DNA from: Klebsormidium nitens
Taxonomy: Eukaryota; Plantae; Klebsormidiophyceae
Assembly (NCBI GenBank): GCA_000708835.1
Contig: DF237066.1
Span: 1 to 64,000 of the forward strand
Reading direction: 5' to 3'
DNA length: 64,000 nt
Position numbers and translations under genes: made by a program. A model generated the notes under the pieces. That model worked only from the letters and a program-made list of their open reading frames with translations. It made no database searches and was not told where the DNA came from. Shown one piece after another: positions 1 to 10,705 of the stretch; position 1 is the first letter of the stretch, and each line of letters starts with the position of its first letter.

Positions 1-1
1 C

Positions 2-2068
2 TCTGCAGCTCAGCAGTCAAAGAAGTCCTATCCCTCTGACAAGATTCGTTACAATGAGAAAGTAAAAGGCAGAAGCACAAACATCACTCTCAATCCGCAA
101 GTTGCTGCGAAGCTTTTTGAGGCTCAAGAGTTGCTGAAGAATGCATCAGGCAAGCCCCTCTCCACCCCAGCAACTGTGGGGTGGCTTCTTGAGAACTGCC
201 AGGAGAAGCTTCAAGGGCTGGTGCAAGCAACTAGAGCTCCAGATGCAGCAAAGCAAGGCGGAACGGGACCTGGACTTGGGGGGCAAAGTCCAGGTGGGCA
301 AGATGACTCAGAGGATGAGATGGATCTTGGCTTGCTGAGTGAGATTAGTCCTTCTCGTGTGTTGCCTGCTTTGAGGAAGAAGGATGCTTTCTTTGATGAG
401 CGCACTGGCTTTCTGGACTTGGACGATCCAGAGTTGGAGCCAGACTTTCAAGAGCTGGAATCTGAGCAGCCATCAGATGTTGGACCTTCTGAGAAGGAGG
501 AGAAGCTACCCTCTGTCTATCTTGGGGAGTTGTCGAAGCTTGCGGAGTTTGTAGCTCTTTTCCCGCCAGTATGCCATGCTCGGGGCTGTGGATGTCGGAT
601 GGCAGCTGACAGGGTGGTCAGTCTGAATGGGACAGCTGTGATCCATCTCAAGTGCACCTCTGGGGAACATTCTGCATTGTGGAGGTCAGCTGACGAGGAT
701 GCTGCAACTCAGATTCCTCTGGTTACTCGCAAGTTCTTTCATGCTGCACTGTGTGCGGGCATGGGCTTTACTGAGCTTTCTGAGTTTTCTGAGGAATTGG
801 GTTTGCAGTCACCTTCAGAGAAGCTGTTCTACAGATTTCAGAATGGGGTGGAAGGCGATGAGAATGGGGTGGGGAAAATTAAAGGCTGGTGTGAGGCTGT
901 TCTTGAGGTTGCCGCTGAGAACATGGCAGAGGTCAGGGCTCATGTGAAGGAGAGGGATGGGGAGGAAGGGACTGTGGTATTCATGGATGCTCGGTTTGAT
1001 TCAAGCAGAGATGGATACCACGGAACTGTGCCTGCCCTGGATATGAAGTCCGGGAAGTGTGTGAACATTGTGACTTTGACGAGGGAGGAGACAGGCAGTT
1101 CTTGGAAAACTGAAGATGCTGCAGTCAGACAGGCAGTGGATGAGCTCATTGAGCAGGGTGTCAAACTGGTTGAGGTAGTCCATGATGACAAGGCTTCAGT
1201 GGACTCCATTCTGGCAGAGTTGGACATCGATAGTCAGAAGGATCTCTGGCACAAGTGCAAGAAACTGGTGGCCTACTTCAATGAGGAAGTTGCAAAAGCC
1301 AAGAGGGGGGATCTGACAAGCCTGTCTGAAGCTCGCTGTGCGCAGGATCTTCAAAGACTGACTGTCGCTGTTCTGAAGGAGCACTTGAAGGCAGCAAAAC
1401 TTGACCTCAAAGGTAAGAAAGATGAGCTGGTGGACAGGTTGTGGAAGAGTTTCGGGAGGGAGGAGGAAGAGGTTGCTCAGGATACTCGTCTGCTGAAGCA
1501 CCCTGCGCTGTCTAGCAACAGGATCCCAGATAAGCTGAAGACTCATGTCTACAATGCAAGCTTTGCGCGTGCAGCTGCCAAAGATGACGATGTTGCGGCC
1601 TTGTGCAAGGATATCCACAATGCGGCTGACCACTGGGCAGGAGATCATTCAGTGTGTGCAGCCATTGACCCCGACAGGAAGTGTGTCAAGGAAAGCTGGG
1701 ACGGGACCAGAGCATACTATGAGAAGGGAGGTGAGACCCATCTGGCTGTGAAGCAGTGGCTTCAGAAGAAATGCACGCCTGCCAAGATGAAGTTTTACAC
1801 AAGGGCTCGCGAGAACTACTTGTCTGAAACGTTCAACTCCCTGATTAACAAGTATGCGACCAAGAGGATCCACTACAGCAAGAGCCACCTGGCACGGGTT
1901 GCATGCGCAGCGCTGGACTGGAACGAGGGACGGGATAGAGTGGTTCTTCTGAAGAAGGTGAGACGCGCTGCTGGAACTGCTATACGTGCCAGGGGTGCAA
2001 ACCGAAATGTTCTGTCTGAGAAAACAACAAGGTGGAAGTCAAAGATTGCTGCACGCCTTGGTATGTAG
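2..2068 (+). CDS. DDE transposase, Kolobok / Mutator-like family, with an inserted SAP motif; 5'-truncated by the window edge
   Basis: The frame of ORF 131..2068 is open back to position 2. Motifs, numbered from 131: VFMD286ARFDSSRDGYHGT, VVHD352D, QKD371LWH374KCKK and SE566TFNSLINKYATKRIHY...ARVACAALDWNE. These match my recollection of the DGRxDSPGH / TDRH / DxWHxxK / ESFHSxxxKYAPKR...LAALDHNEN pattern of this family. SAP-like LTVAVLKEHLKAAKLDLKGKKDELVDRL at ~1358-1445. CxxxxC...CxxxxH cluster near the N-terminus. Confidence 0.85.
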   Translation, partial: SAAQQSKKSYPSDKIRYNEKVKGRSTNITLNPQVAAKLFEAQELLKNASGKPLSTPATVGWLLENCQEKLQGLVQATRAPDAAKQGGTGPGLGGQSPGGQDDSEDEMDLGLLSEISPSRVLPALRKKDAFFDERTGFLDLDDPELEPDFQELESEQPSDVGPSEKEEKLPSVYLGELSKLAEFVALFPPVCHARGCGCRMAADRVVSLNGTAVIHLKCTSGEHSALWRSADEDAATQIPLVTRKFFHAALCAGMGFTELSEFSEELGLQSPSEKLFYRFQNGVEGDENGVGKIKGWCEAVLEVAAENMAEVRAHVKERDGEEGTVVFMDARFDSSRDGYHGTVPALDMKSGKCVNIVTLTREETGSSWKTEDAAVRQAVDELIEQGVKLVEVVHDDKASVDSILAELDIDSQKDLWHKCKKLVAYFNEEVAKAKRGDLTSLSEARCAQDLQRLTVAVLKEHLKAAKLDLKGKKDELVDRLWKSFGREEEEVAQDTRLLKHPALSSNRIPDKLKTHVYNASFARAAAKDDDVAALCKDIHNAADHWAGDHSVCAAIDPDRKCVKESWDGTRAYYEKGGETHLAVKQWLQKKCTPAKMKFYTRARENYLSETFNSLINKYATKRIHYSKSHLARVACAALDWNEGRDRVVLLKKVRRAAGTAIRARGANRNVLSEKTTRWKSKIAARLGM

Positions 2069-2412
2069 TCTGCTGTTCTGCAAATCAGCCTTGCGTCTTG
2101 TTTGTCAAAGCCAATCAGATTCTCCAGTTGTTGAGGAGAAGTGCAGGCCCTGCGGGGCCTGCCAGACCCGGCTGATGCTGAAAAGGTGGTTTAATTCCAT
2201 CTCGGGTCATCATAAGAATTTCAGAATGTAGGCGACTTGCTAACAAGAAACAGAATTGCAGAGCACTCTTCAGGTCTGATCTGATTGCTTCTGAAAAGAA
2301 CATACTTTCAGCCTGTGCATTGTCACGGGATCAGTGAACAAATTTCAGAACAGGGGTGGTGTTAGAAAACACCAGTTTTGTTTTGTTGTATGCAGATTTG
2401 CAGCACAACAGA

Positions 2413-2805
2413 TTACGCCCGAGGACGGAAGCCGGTGTAGTTAGCTTCCTCCTCCTCGGGGAACTCCTCCTTGATGGCTCTCTCAAGGTCAAGAGGCAGC
2501 TTGGTCCTCTCTTTGTAGCCGGCGTAGTAGGCCAGCCTCTTGTAAATCTTGTGCCTCTTCTCCTTGTTGCTCCACCCGCAATAGGGCTGGAGGATGGTGG
2601 AGAGGACCCCAATGAGAGAGGCCCCATTGCCATCACACCAGTTCTTGGCAGCCATGTAGAAGTCCTCCTTCTCATCTCTAAACCATGCCTCCGTATATGT
2701 CATGGTGGGCTTGTTGCCCTCCTTGACCTTGATCTCTCCGTTGTGGCACACCATGACCCGGAAGCATGAGTAGCATTGATGGGAGGCGGGCCTGTTGGGA
2801 GCCAT
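2413..2805 (-). CDS. KolX-like accessory protein (P2X7 C-terminal ballast-like domain), 130 aa
   Basis: The C-terminal half, NKEKRHKIYKRLAYYAGYKERTKLPLDLERAIKEEFPEEEEANYTGFRP, fits the N..RH..Y....R..LP......I...FP......YTGF pattern of P2X7-C/KolX proteins. There is an N-terminal CYSCFRVMVCH. It converges tail-to-tail with the transposase, 344 bp apart. Confidence 0.65.
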   Translation of the reverse strand: MAPNRPASHQCYSCFRVMVCHNGEIKVKEGNKPTMTYTEAWFRDEKEDFYMAAKNWCDGNGASLIGVLSTILQPYCGWSNKEKRHKIYKRLAYYAGYKERTKLPLDLERAIKEEFPEEEEANYTGFRPRA

Positions 2806-3342
2806 GTTGAGAGATGCTTGAGAGAATTGGATGCTGGAAAGTTGCTTGTTTGGAATGAGCTATCTTTCTGTGCAGTGGGCCTTTTTTATGTCTGAAAAGT
2901 GCAGCATGTCTAGGATGCAATGCCCTTTCAGACTTGCCATGGTGCTGGTCACGGCACCCTGTATGCAGCCCATGGACAAGCCCTAAAAGGTGCTTTTGGA
3001 GGGAAGATTTTCATTCAAACTGCATCCACCATGCCAAACTCGTGTGTTCACATCACGGAAACGTACAGCCGGTACACGTGCTGCACCGGTCAGTACACTG
3101 CGGGTAGCTAGGCGGGCACTACTGCCCGGGACGAATGTACTGTGCCCGGTTTTGCGAAAAAGTCCGATGTAAATCCGCGAGCCTGTGAAAAGATGGACGA
3201 AAGAACCGTGCGCCCGACATTCATATTTGAATCTGCATCCATCGGTTTGGTGGGAATGCCACGTCAGCACTTCCGATTTGCCCGAAGATAAAGTGCGGGT
3301 GGTGGTTTAAATAGGTAAATGTTGAGGGTACCCAGTTCCAAC

Positions 3343-3402
3343 CGAGTCCTGACTCCCGAGTCCCGAGTCCCGAGTCCCGACTCCCGATTGGTCCCGGGTC
3401 CC
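3343..3402. repeat. 7-bp tandem repeat (TCCCGAG)n
   Basis: About 7 slightly degenerate copies: ccgagtcctgactcccgagtcccgagtcccgagtcccgactcccgattggtcccgggtccc. Confidence 0.9.
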
Positions 3403-4570
3403 TTCTCTTTTTATCTAGGTACGGTACTGTTCGGAGTCGTTCCCTATCTGCGGTAGTACCGTGGTACCTACCTAGGTAGGTATCCAGGTGCGTATCCCGC
3501 TACTGGTAAAGTGGTCCCAATGGCACGTACCCTTGCTCAATACCCCGACGCCATTTGTTACGGGTAACGGTACTTATTAACAGCGGCCAATTAAGTCAGC
3601 CATCATGACAGTGGATTCCTGGCCAAGATTCTGCGCGCCGAGACTCTGGCCGTTTCAGGTAGTACCTGCCAGTCTCCACAGGTATTGATTACCGCCTTTC
3701 CGCAATGATCTTGCCATCTTGGATTCGACGTGCTGGCGCCATAGCTACGTATGTGCGCGGGAAGCTGCGATTATGTAGTTTGGATTGGTTAAATTGAGTG
3801 GGCATATGACATACCTACTTCTATTCTTATAACCTGTCCACTTGGATTTGATTCCGAAGTGTGGTGCATGTGCGCATGCATGGTAGCTGCGTACTAGGGT
3901 CAGATTTGCATTAGGTATAAGGTCTCGGTTTCACGGAAACCGATCTTGAAATAGGAGAGGTTATATCATACAAACCACCAGATGCTTCGACAGCGTCGAA
4001 AGCTTCTTGTGGTCACGGAAATTGCGCCAGGATGCGTACGTCTTCTTGACGACAAGCTACCTAGGAGTTTCCAACTTCCAACTTTAACCCGCCACCACCT
4101 GGGCCTTCTTTGGCGGTACCTGCTACCAGTACTGACACTGCCAATAGGTTGGAGCTGCAGCCGAATCGCCGACACCCCAGTTGTTTCCATGCCGGCCGAG
4201 GAAAGTGACCGGGGACGAAGAAAGGGTTAATGTGGAGGTTAATGTTTGATAGGCGTACAGACGCGTCGATTTCTCGGTTTATGTGTTAACGTCGCATCTC
4301 TCCCGACTCCGGAGCGTGGTTCTGAATAAGATCAGAATTGAGAAGTCTCGTCCAGGCCCGTCCGACCGACGACTCGAGATTGAGTGTCAACTTAAAGGTA
4401 CGTACCAACGGCACACACTGTGCTTCACACTGCACACTGCACAGGCTGCCACTACACAGACAGGACCGCGTCGGGTGTTATCCTCCATCTACGGTAGTAG
4501 GTACCATGTGGAGAAGCTCCATTGAAAAATTGACAAGGTATTATCTTCTAGTTTCTTGCATGCTCCACAG

Positions 4571-5061
4571 ATTGTCAGAGGTGCAAGGCTGCAAGCCTCA
4601 AGCTTCATCCTGCTCCAGCGTGCCGGCCTCACTGTGTCTGCACGAGTTGCATTGCTGTCAAGAGAGACGCTGAGCAGTTCTGTAGTTGCCCTGGTGCAGA
4701 ACGGAAGAGCGCATTCATCGTGTTTGAGGCAGCTTGACGGCAGCAATGCATGGGGCTTGGAGCGAAAGTCTTTGAACACGAATGATCATGCAAGTAAGTG
4801 CAGGTTTAACCTGAAGCTGGAGATTACATTGGTCCCTGCAATTGCAAGCTGTTGCAGATGCTCATGTTTGGGTGAGTGTTCAAGCAAGAGTCATCAATCG
4901 CAACCTTGGATCAAAGCCTTTGTGTGCAACTACATGTTTGCCTTTTTATTACTGTTTTTCTTCCTCAGATGAGAATGCCGTGTCTGTTATCAAAGGACTA
5001 CAAGCCTCTCAATCCAGCTTCTCAATCCATCTATTTCAAAGTTCAGCTTATGTGGTTGCTA
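4571..5061 (+). CDS. Two candidate exons of an unidentified gene or relic (4571-4793, 4969-5061)
   Basis: ccacag|ATT...GCA A|gtaagt joins in phase 1 to ttcctcag|AT GAG...GCT A|gtaggt, both stop-free. No recognisable domain, and I could not extend it further. Confidence 0.3.
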
Positions 5062-7082
5062 GTAGGTTGGAAGCACCATTGTCTGCACCTTTTCCCACTT
5101 TTCTAATTATTTGTTCTGTCTTTGGTTGGGCACAAGAACGGTTGTCGAGGAGTCAAAAGTCCTTTTTGTGATCTATAGGTGTACAGCTACTAATCTGTAT
5201 GAATGAGTTGGCATTCACTGTTTGACCAGGACTCAGTCGGGCTGGCCTGTCTCACATGCTTGTACCATGTACTCAACAAAGTCCTTACAATGTGAGTGTT
5301 GAACTCTATGTTTGTGCACTACGCGAATTCAACATGCATTGGATGTTGTATCGTTGTATAGAAGATGCTGTATCATTGTATAATTGTCAATTATACTGTC
5401 TGAGCTTTTGGGATATCCTCTGAGCTCAAGCCTTGAGCCACGGTGCTGCTCTGGGAGCGGTCTGGTGTTCAGGATGGCCACCAAGCTTGTGTATCAGTCA
5501 AAAGATGTTTCGAACATGCTCAGAGGGACACCAAATTGTGCACCAATCCATGATGCAGCTGTTGTGACCGTCTCATGCATACCATTGCATTGTTCAGGTG
5601 GCAACTCGCCAAGGGGAGTATCAAAGGAGATTTAAGAAGCATCACATCACACAGTGAAGGTTGACGCTCTTTTCTGGTTAGTTGCCTTTATGACTTTTGG
5701 TACCAGCACTTGTGTTTCTGTTTATCAGACTGCTACACAGCCTCGGACAACTCTTTCCAGCTTTCAGGAGCACAGACACTGCTGGCCTCACGTCTCCATC
5801 TGCAAATCGCAGCTTGAGACATGAAGTCACATCAATTCGCTTTGCTTTCCTCAGAAGCTTGCAGAGACTTCTTCTTACTGCCGAATGAGGACAGGACCCT
5901 TTTCTTGAGCTTGCTTTTGGCTAGAATATTCACATTGCCCTGTTACAGAGCTGCACAAGCGGAGCTCCCTTTGGATTGGACCCACAGTACATCGAATCAT
6001 CAGCTTTGTCATTGCAGATCGACTCGCAGAAGAAGATTGTAAAGAAGATGGTGTTTGAGAACCTTGTTTCATGACTGGTTTCTCACCCAACCACCAGCTT
6101 TGAAAGGACCAGAGGCGCACAATTTGGCAGCAACTAGATGATACACCACTCTTTGCATTTTCAACGCAACTTCCTCTTTCTGACTTCAGCGCACATCCGC
6201 ACTGGCATCCATTTGCAGTGCAATTTTGGTATTCTCTAATCAGAGGCTTCATATTTCAGGTCTAGCCGAAATTGTTTCTTGACAAGGACATAGCGCGTAA
6301 TGCAAGAGAAACGGCTAACCGATAGCCAGCAGCGCCAATTGGACGCTGATGTGGCATCGCGGACCTCAGACGTGGAGGCTCCAGACAGGTACCACTTGCC
6401 TCGGAGCCTTTGCCTTTCATCTTCACACTGCAGGGGTCTTCATTTTCAGACAGCAGGGACCGCATATATTGGGGGTCGAGCCCTGGTTTGCACCATTTTT
6501 AACCCCATAATGGAAATGCTATTTGAGCCCCACTCTCCGGAACAGCATTGAGCCCTAACTTTCAGCTGTGGTGTCAAACTCACTCCTCATTTCAAGCCCG
6601 TTGAGTTGAGCCTGCCTTTGAGACAAGCCTCCCCACCCAGGTTTTCAAGTTGCATCCATCAATAATTGACCCCCTCTTTAGCCAGCCTTTGGGATGCGTA
6701 AGACCAAAACATCTCAGATGCGCCCACTTGATTCCTGCGGGAGTTCTGCTGGATGCTGATTGTTCTGTCAGATCTTTTGACCCTGGGCCTCTTGTGCTCC
6801 AAGTACTTTTGGATCACATTCTCGTTCTGGGGCCAAATGTTTGTCCAAGGCCGCCTTCTTGAAGTACATTGATGGCAGGTGCTCAAACTTACATAATCTG
6901 TAAAGCGTCCTTGCCCAATGGCGGCGTGCTTAAATTCATTGTTTTCACCACTGCAATGCCTTCTCCAACTTGGCCCTTGTGTCATGAAGTGGAGAGTTAC
7001 GGCTTAATCTGGAGCGGAAGGGCGTTCATGTTGTTGCTTGAGTCCCCTCTGTTCTGATGTAAAAATATGTCTTCCCCTTCAG

Positions 7083-8870
7083 GAGCGGCAGAGGTGACAT
7101 CCCTTTGCCAGGGAGCACGGGGGGGCAAGGGATCGCTGGACCCCCAATGAACGGCAATACTGTAAATGATCACCAATGTAAGGCGGACTTACAACAAGAA
7201 GGGGGAAGCAAACATGATCATGAAAAGCAGCCTCTGAGCAAATCCGGAACAGATCATGGGGTGCGAGTTGGCGGAGCTCCGAAGGGAGCGGAGTTGAACC
7301 CTGTAATCCCAGTTCCTGAAAAGGGGGAGAGAGTGCCTGAAATGGATCGAGGGGAGGGGCGACAGGGAAGCCCCAGCACGGGGGGGTCCCTGAGCAGCGG
7401 TTCAAGGCGGGGGCGTGCATTGGATCTGGATCTGAATGCGCCAATGGAAGAGAGAGGGGAAGGGGGAGCGGATGCGCAGTGGCAGGATCATCAGCTGCAG
7501 TTGGAGGTAAGAGCTCTGAGCCCTTCAATTGTACGCCACGCAGTTGGGGTTTCAGAACAGCGGATTTAGAGGCCCCCAAAAGAAAGTTCTGTGGTTTGGG
7601 GTTTTAGAACAGCGGATGTGAAAGCCCCCAAGGACAAGAAACAAAAGGGGGACGGGGGCATGAAGTGATGGTGGAAAGGCGCAGTCGCAGGTGAGGAGGC
7701 AATGGTTTTGTTTTTGGTTTCCCGAATTCTGCTGTTCCAGGGACCTAAGTTATTGAGACCTTGCGGAGGCTTGTGAGGGCGCAATGCTCCAAAGCTTTGA
7801 AAATAAGAGTTGGCTTACAACAGGCAGAAAGAAGCGCCAAGGGCCAAGGATGCAGACAGTGTTTTACCAGAAAGGTACTGCTGAGGGTTGTAAGCCCCAT
7901 GCAGCTGCTAAAAGCAGCAATAAGCAACACAGCATTGCATCAGCACAAGTTGCACAAATAACATCAATTTGCACCTGCGGAAAAGTGCTCTTCCTCAAAG
8001 ACGAGGCTCTCGTGTGGACGTTGATTGACTGCACAATTCAAAAGGATGTAGGCTGCATTGCAAAGGCAGGCTTGTATTGTAAGGGGTCCAGGTCGTTGCA
8101 GTAGGGCAACAACCAAGTGAGTGGGACTCTTGCTTTGGATGCTGGATTTTAACGACCTTAAACAAGCGGAAGCGATTGGGGAGCTCCAGAGAAACATGGA
8201 TTACAGAGTAGAAGGCAGTGGTCAGTGAACAACGAAGGCTTTCAGCTGGCAGAAGAATGCAAGAGATCTTTTGGATCGCGCTAGAAGGCTCCTGTATCTT
8301 TACTCGAACAATCATGACAAAATGCAGCCGTAGTCTGGGCAACGCCAAGTGCTCATCACAGTCCTGTCATCGGAGTGTTGCAGAATATCAGGAACCTGTC
8401 AGCAGTTAGGTTCAACCCGACATCAAGCAGGCGGTCAACTTCTGAGAAGAAAATCAGGCAAAGCTTCTGGGTTGCGACTTGTAGATACCTAAGATACTCA
8501 TTTCAGCAGCCGACTCTAAGTTGGCTCGTTGACCTGCAGTACCCAAAGCACACAGTCAGGCTGTTGATGGAAACCGGGCAGAGTGTGCGGGTGGTGTCGG
8601 TTGCCAAAACAGTCCGCATTGTAAAGCCCACCCTTCAATTTGTGCAGGGCATCAAGCGCAGCAACAGCGCGGCCTCACCTCCGATGCCCCCCCCCCGGCG
8701 GTGCCCAGCCCTCCGGCGCGAACTGGTTCAGATCCAGGACCGGAGAAACTAGAGGCGGTGCACGAAGATTGGGAGGCAAAAAGGAGACAAATGGTGCACT
8801 CCTTTCAGGAGGGTGTGCTGCAGCAGCAGGCGGCCGAAGGTCGGGCCAATGAGCCGGAAACTCAGACCAA
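7083..8870 (+). CDS. Candidate exons 7083-7506 and 8648-8870, possibly the 5' part of the gene at 10706-16006
   Basis: ccccttcag|G AGC...TTG GAG|gtaaga encodes G/S-rich sequence with RALDLDLNAP. tgtgcag|GG CAT...ACC AA|gtgagc encodes ...PEKLEAVHEDWEAKRRQMVHSFQEGVLQQQ.... The connecting exons are not resolved. Confidence 0.45.
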
Positions 8871-10403
8871 GTGAGCCCGTCAGCTTGTCAGGAATTCGGA
8901 ATTCGTAAGCTTGCGCAGCCTATTCAGAAAAGCTCAAGGAGAACTCATCTCCGGGTAACGTCTTCTAGGCAAACGGTGTTGAGCACCTGTCGAATGGTTG
9001 TTTCCGCAGCAAAGACTTGAGACTGTCCAGCGAGTCTGTGGGCAGCATCTTTGACAATAAGCGAGCAGTAGCAGTGTTCTGTTTGGCCCGGCTTTTCTGC
9101 GGATGGTGGTTTGAGTTTCCGTGTTTTCCTAGACGAGTAAGTAAAGTCCTGCATATATGTTGCTGGAGTCATCTTCTACAGTTGCCGCATTCCCTTCAAC
9201 ATCGTCACGCTTAGCCTTTTCTCCAGTGAGAAGAGTTTGCTGCTCATTGAGACTGGAAATTGTATTTGGCTGCAGCACTCCTACAGTTATCTAAAAAGGG
9301 GTATCTGCCATTCGACATGAATTCGAGTTTGCGTTTCCAGAGTTGATTAGTCGCTGAACTACTTCAATCCTTTAAAGGTTGATTAAAAACATTCCACCTG
9401 ACTTTCGTGGCTTCCAAGGGGGTGAAGTCTTCTGGGAGGCACTGCAATGTTTCGGCACTCAAAGACTTTGATGACAAGGACAATCACGTGTGCGCTTCTT
9501 GATGACTTGAGCAACTGGGGCCGAGTAGTGCTGACGTAACGTCTTGACTTCTTTCTCCCTTAGGTCAAGCCCCGAAGCTCAACCTCGGGAAGCTGGGAAA
9601 GTGCTTCATGTAAGGGGGGGTGGCATGCCGGGCCAGGCTTTGGCAGGTAAAACGGCGATCCTCTCTTTGGCATTCGTTGGTGTGAGCCCATTCACATCTT
9701 TGAAGCGTTGCCTGGCGAGCTTTCTAACAATTGGTGGCCATTCTCCGCCACAGGGCGTGTGGCAGGCAGATAGCACGATACGAACGGATACGACTGCTCC
9801 AAAGACCCTGTATCACAGATTTCATGATTTAGACACAGCCGGTTGTGCTAGGCGACTGTCACAATTGCGACAAGGTTGAGTGACGGGAAAGAGCATCTCT
9901 TGCTCGCTTCTCGTCACAGACCAAATCCAGGTTAAGCTAATTGTAGCAGTCGACAGTTCCCAGCTGCCTTAGTGGTGTTGTAAGGCGAGAGATGTCAAAA
10001 CAAGCACCAAAATACAAAACAAAACGGCAACGCACAGCAAGAACAAGGTCGTAGTTGTGCTGGGATGTCGAACTTACTTGGTTTCGGCAAAGATCTATCC
10101 AGCAGTTTGAAAAATTCCTGTAGCCGCCCATCTCAATGGTGCCGCCATGAGGCCGACAGTGCCTGAGTTCGAGCGCACGTCCTTGTCAGCTTCAGAGGTT
10201 CGAGACCTGAGTCCTTCACAATAATAGATTACATCCTTCAAAGTGCTAACACACATCCTGTATTTTGGAGCCTTCGGAACCGCCCCCCACCAAACCCGCA
10301 GCACTCAGCACGGCGGCGACCGCGTTTGGTGCCCCTCCTAGCTGGCTCGTTGTCAAAGTTCTCAAAAAAAGCATTCCTGCTCCGGGAAGACCCGAACCTC
10401 TCC

Positions 10404-10705
10404 AGACTCTCTTGCAGGTAACCAGAACGCTGCACGGCAATGTGCTTGAGCGATGCGTCATCGGATTATTGGAATTACGTCGGAAAACAAAGTTTCCAAA
10501 TAATCAGGGTTCTACCTCCCGACAGACTCCGACCTTCCGTTTCCTCGCAGGGACTCCGAATGTTGCACGCCCCGACGCCCCGCGGCCTTCAGCACCGCGG
10601 TTGGCCTGAGCAGTGCCCATTTGGCTCCTTGCCGAACCTCATAGGAACACGCATTCGGAGTTTCGCTCCGGAAATACTCAAACCCATTCCGAATTCTTCT
10701 TGCAG
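10404..10705 (+). repeat. Intronic copies of the 3' splice site + start of the exon at 10706
   Basis: cttgcaggtaaccagaacgctgcacggc (10411) versus the real cttgcagttaaccagaacgctgcacggc (10699). A second, more degenerate copy lies at ~10541-10607. Confidence 0.8.

Larger units (their letters stand above)
1..3310 (+). mobile_element. Kolobok-like DNA transposon, right portion; right end tentative
   Basis: Transposase plus a convergent KolX-like ORF. Short repeated gtgcgggt/gtgcccggt/gcaccggt motifs at 3060-3300 precede a TTAA at 3307-3310, a candidate TSD. The left end is outside the window, so a TIR cannot be verified. Confidence 0.6.

Noticed and set aside
4080-4232. Possible piggyBac-type ends (ttaacccg at ~4084, aaagggttaa at ~4222)
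   Set aside because: The match extends only ~7 bp, with no further TIR similarity.
7761-8400. Argument that the in-frame stops here prove C>T hypermutation of one long ORF
   Set aside because: Every stop codon starts with T and can be 'reverted' to CAA, CAG or CGA, so the observation alone is uninformative, and I recognised no homologue.
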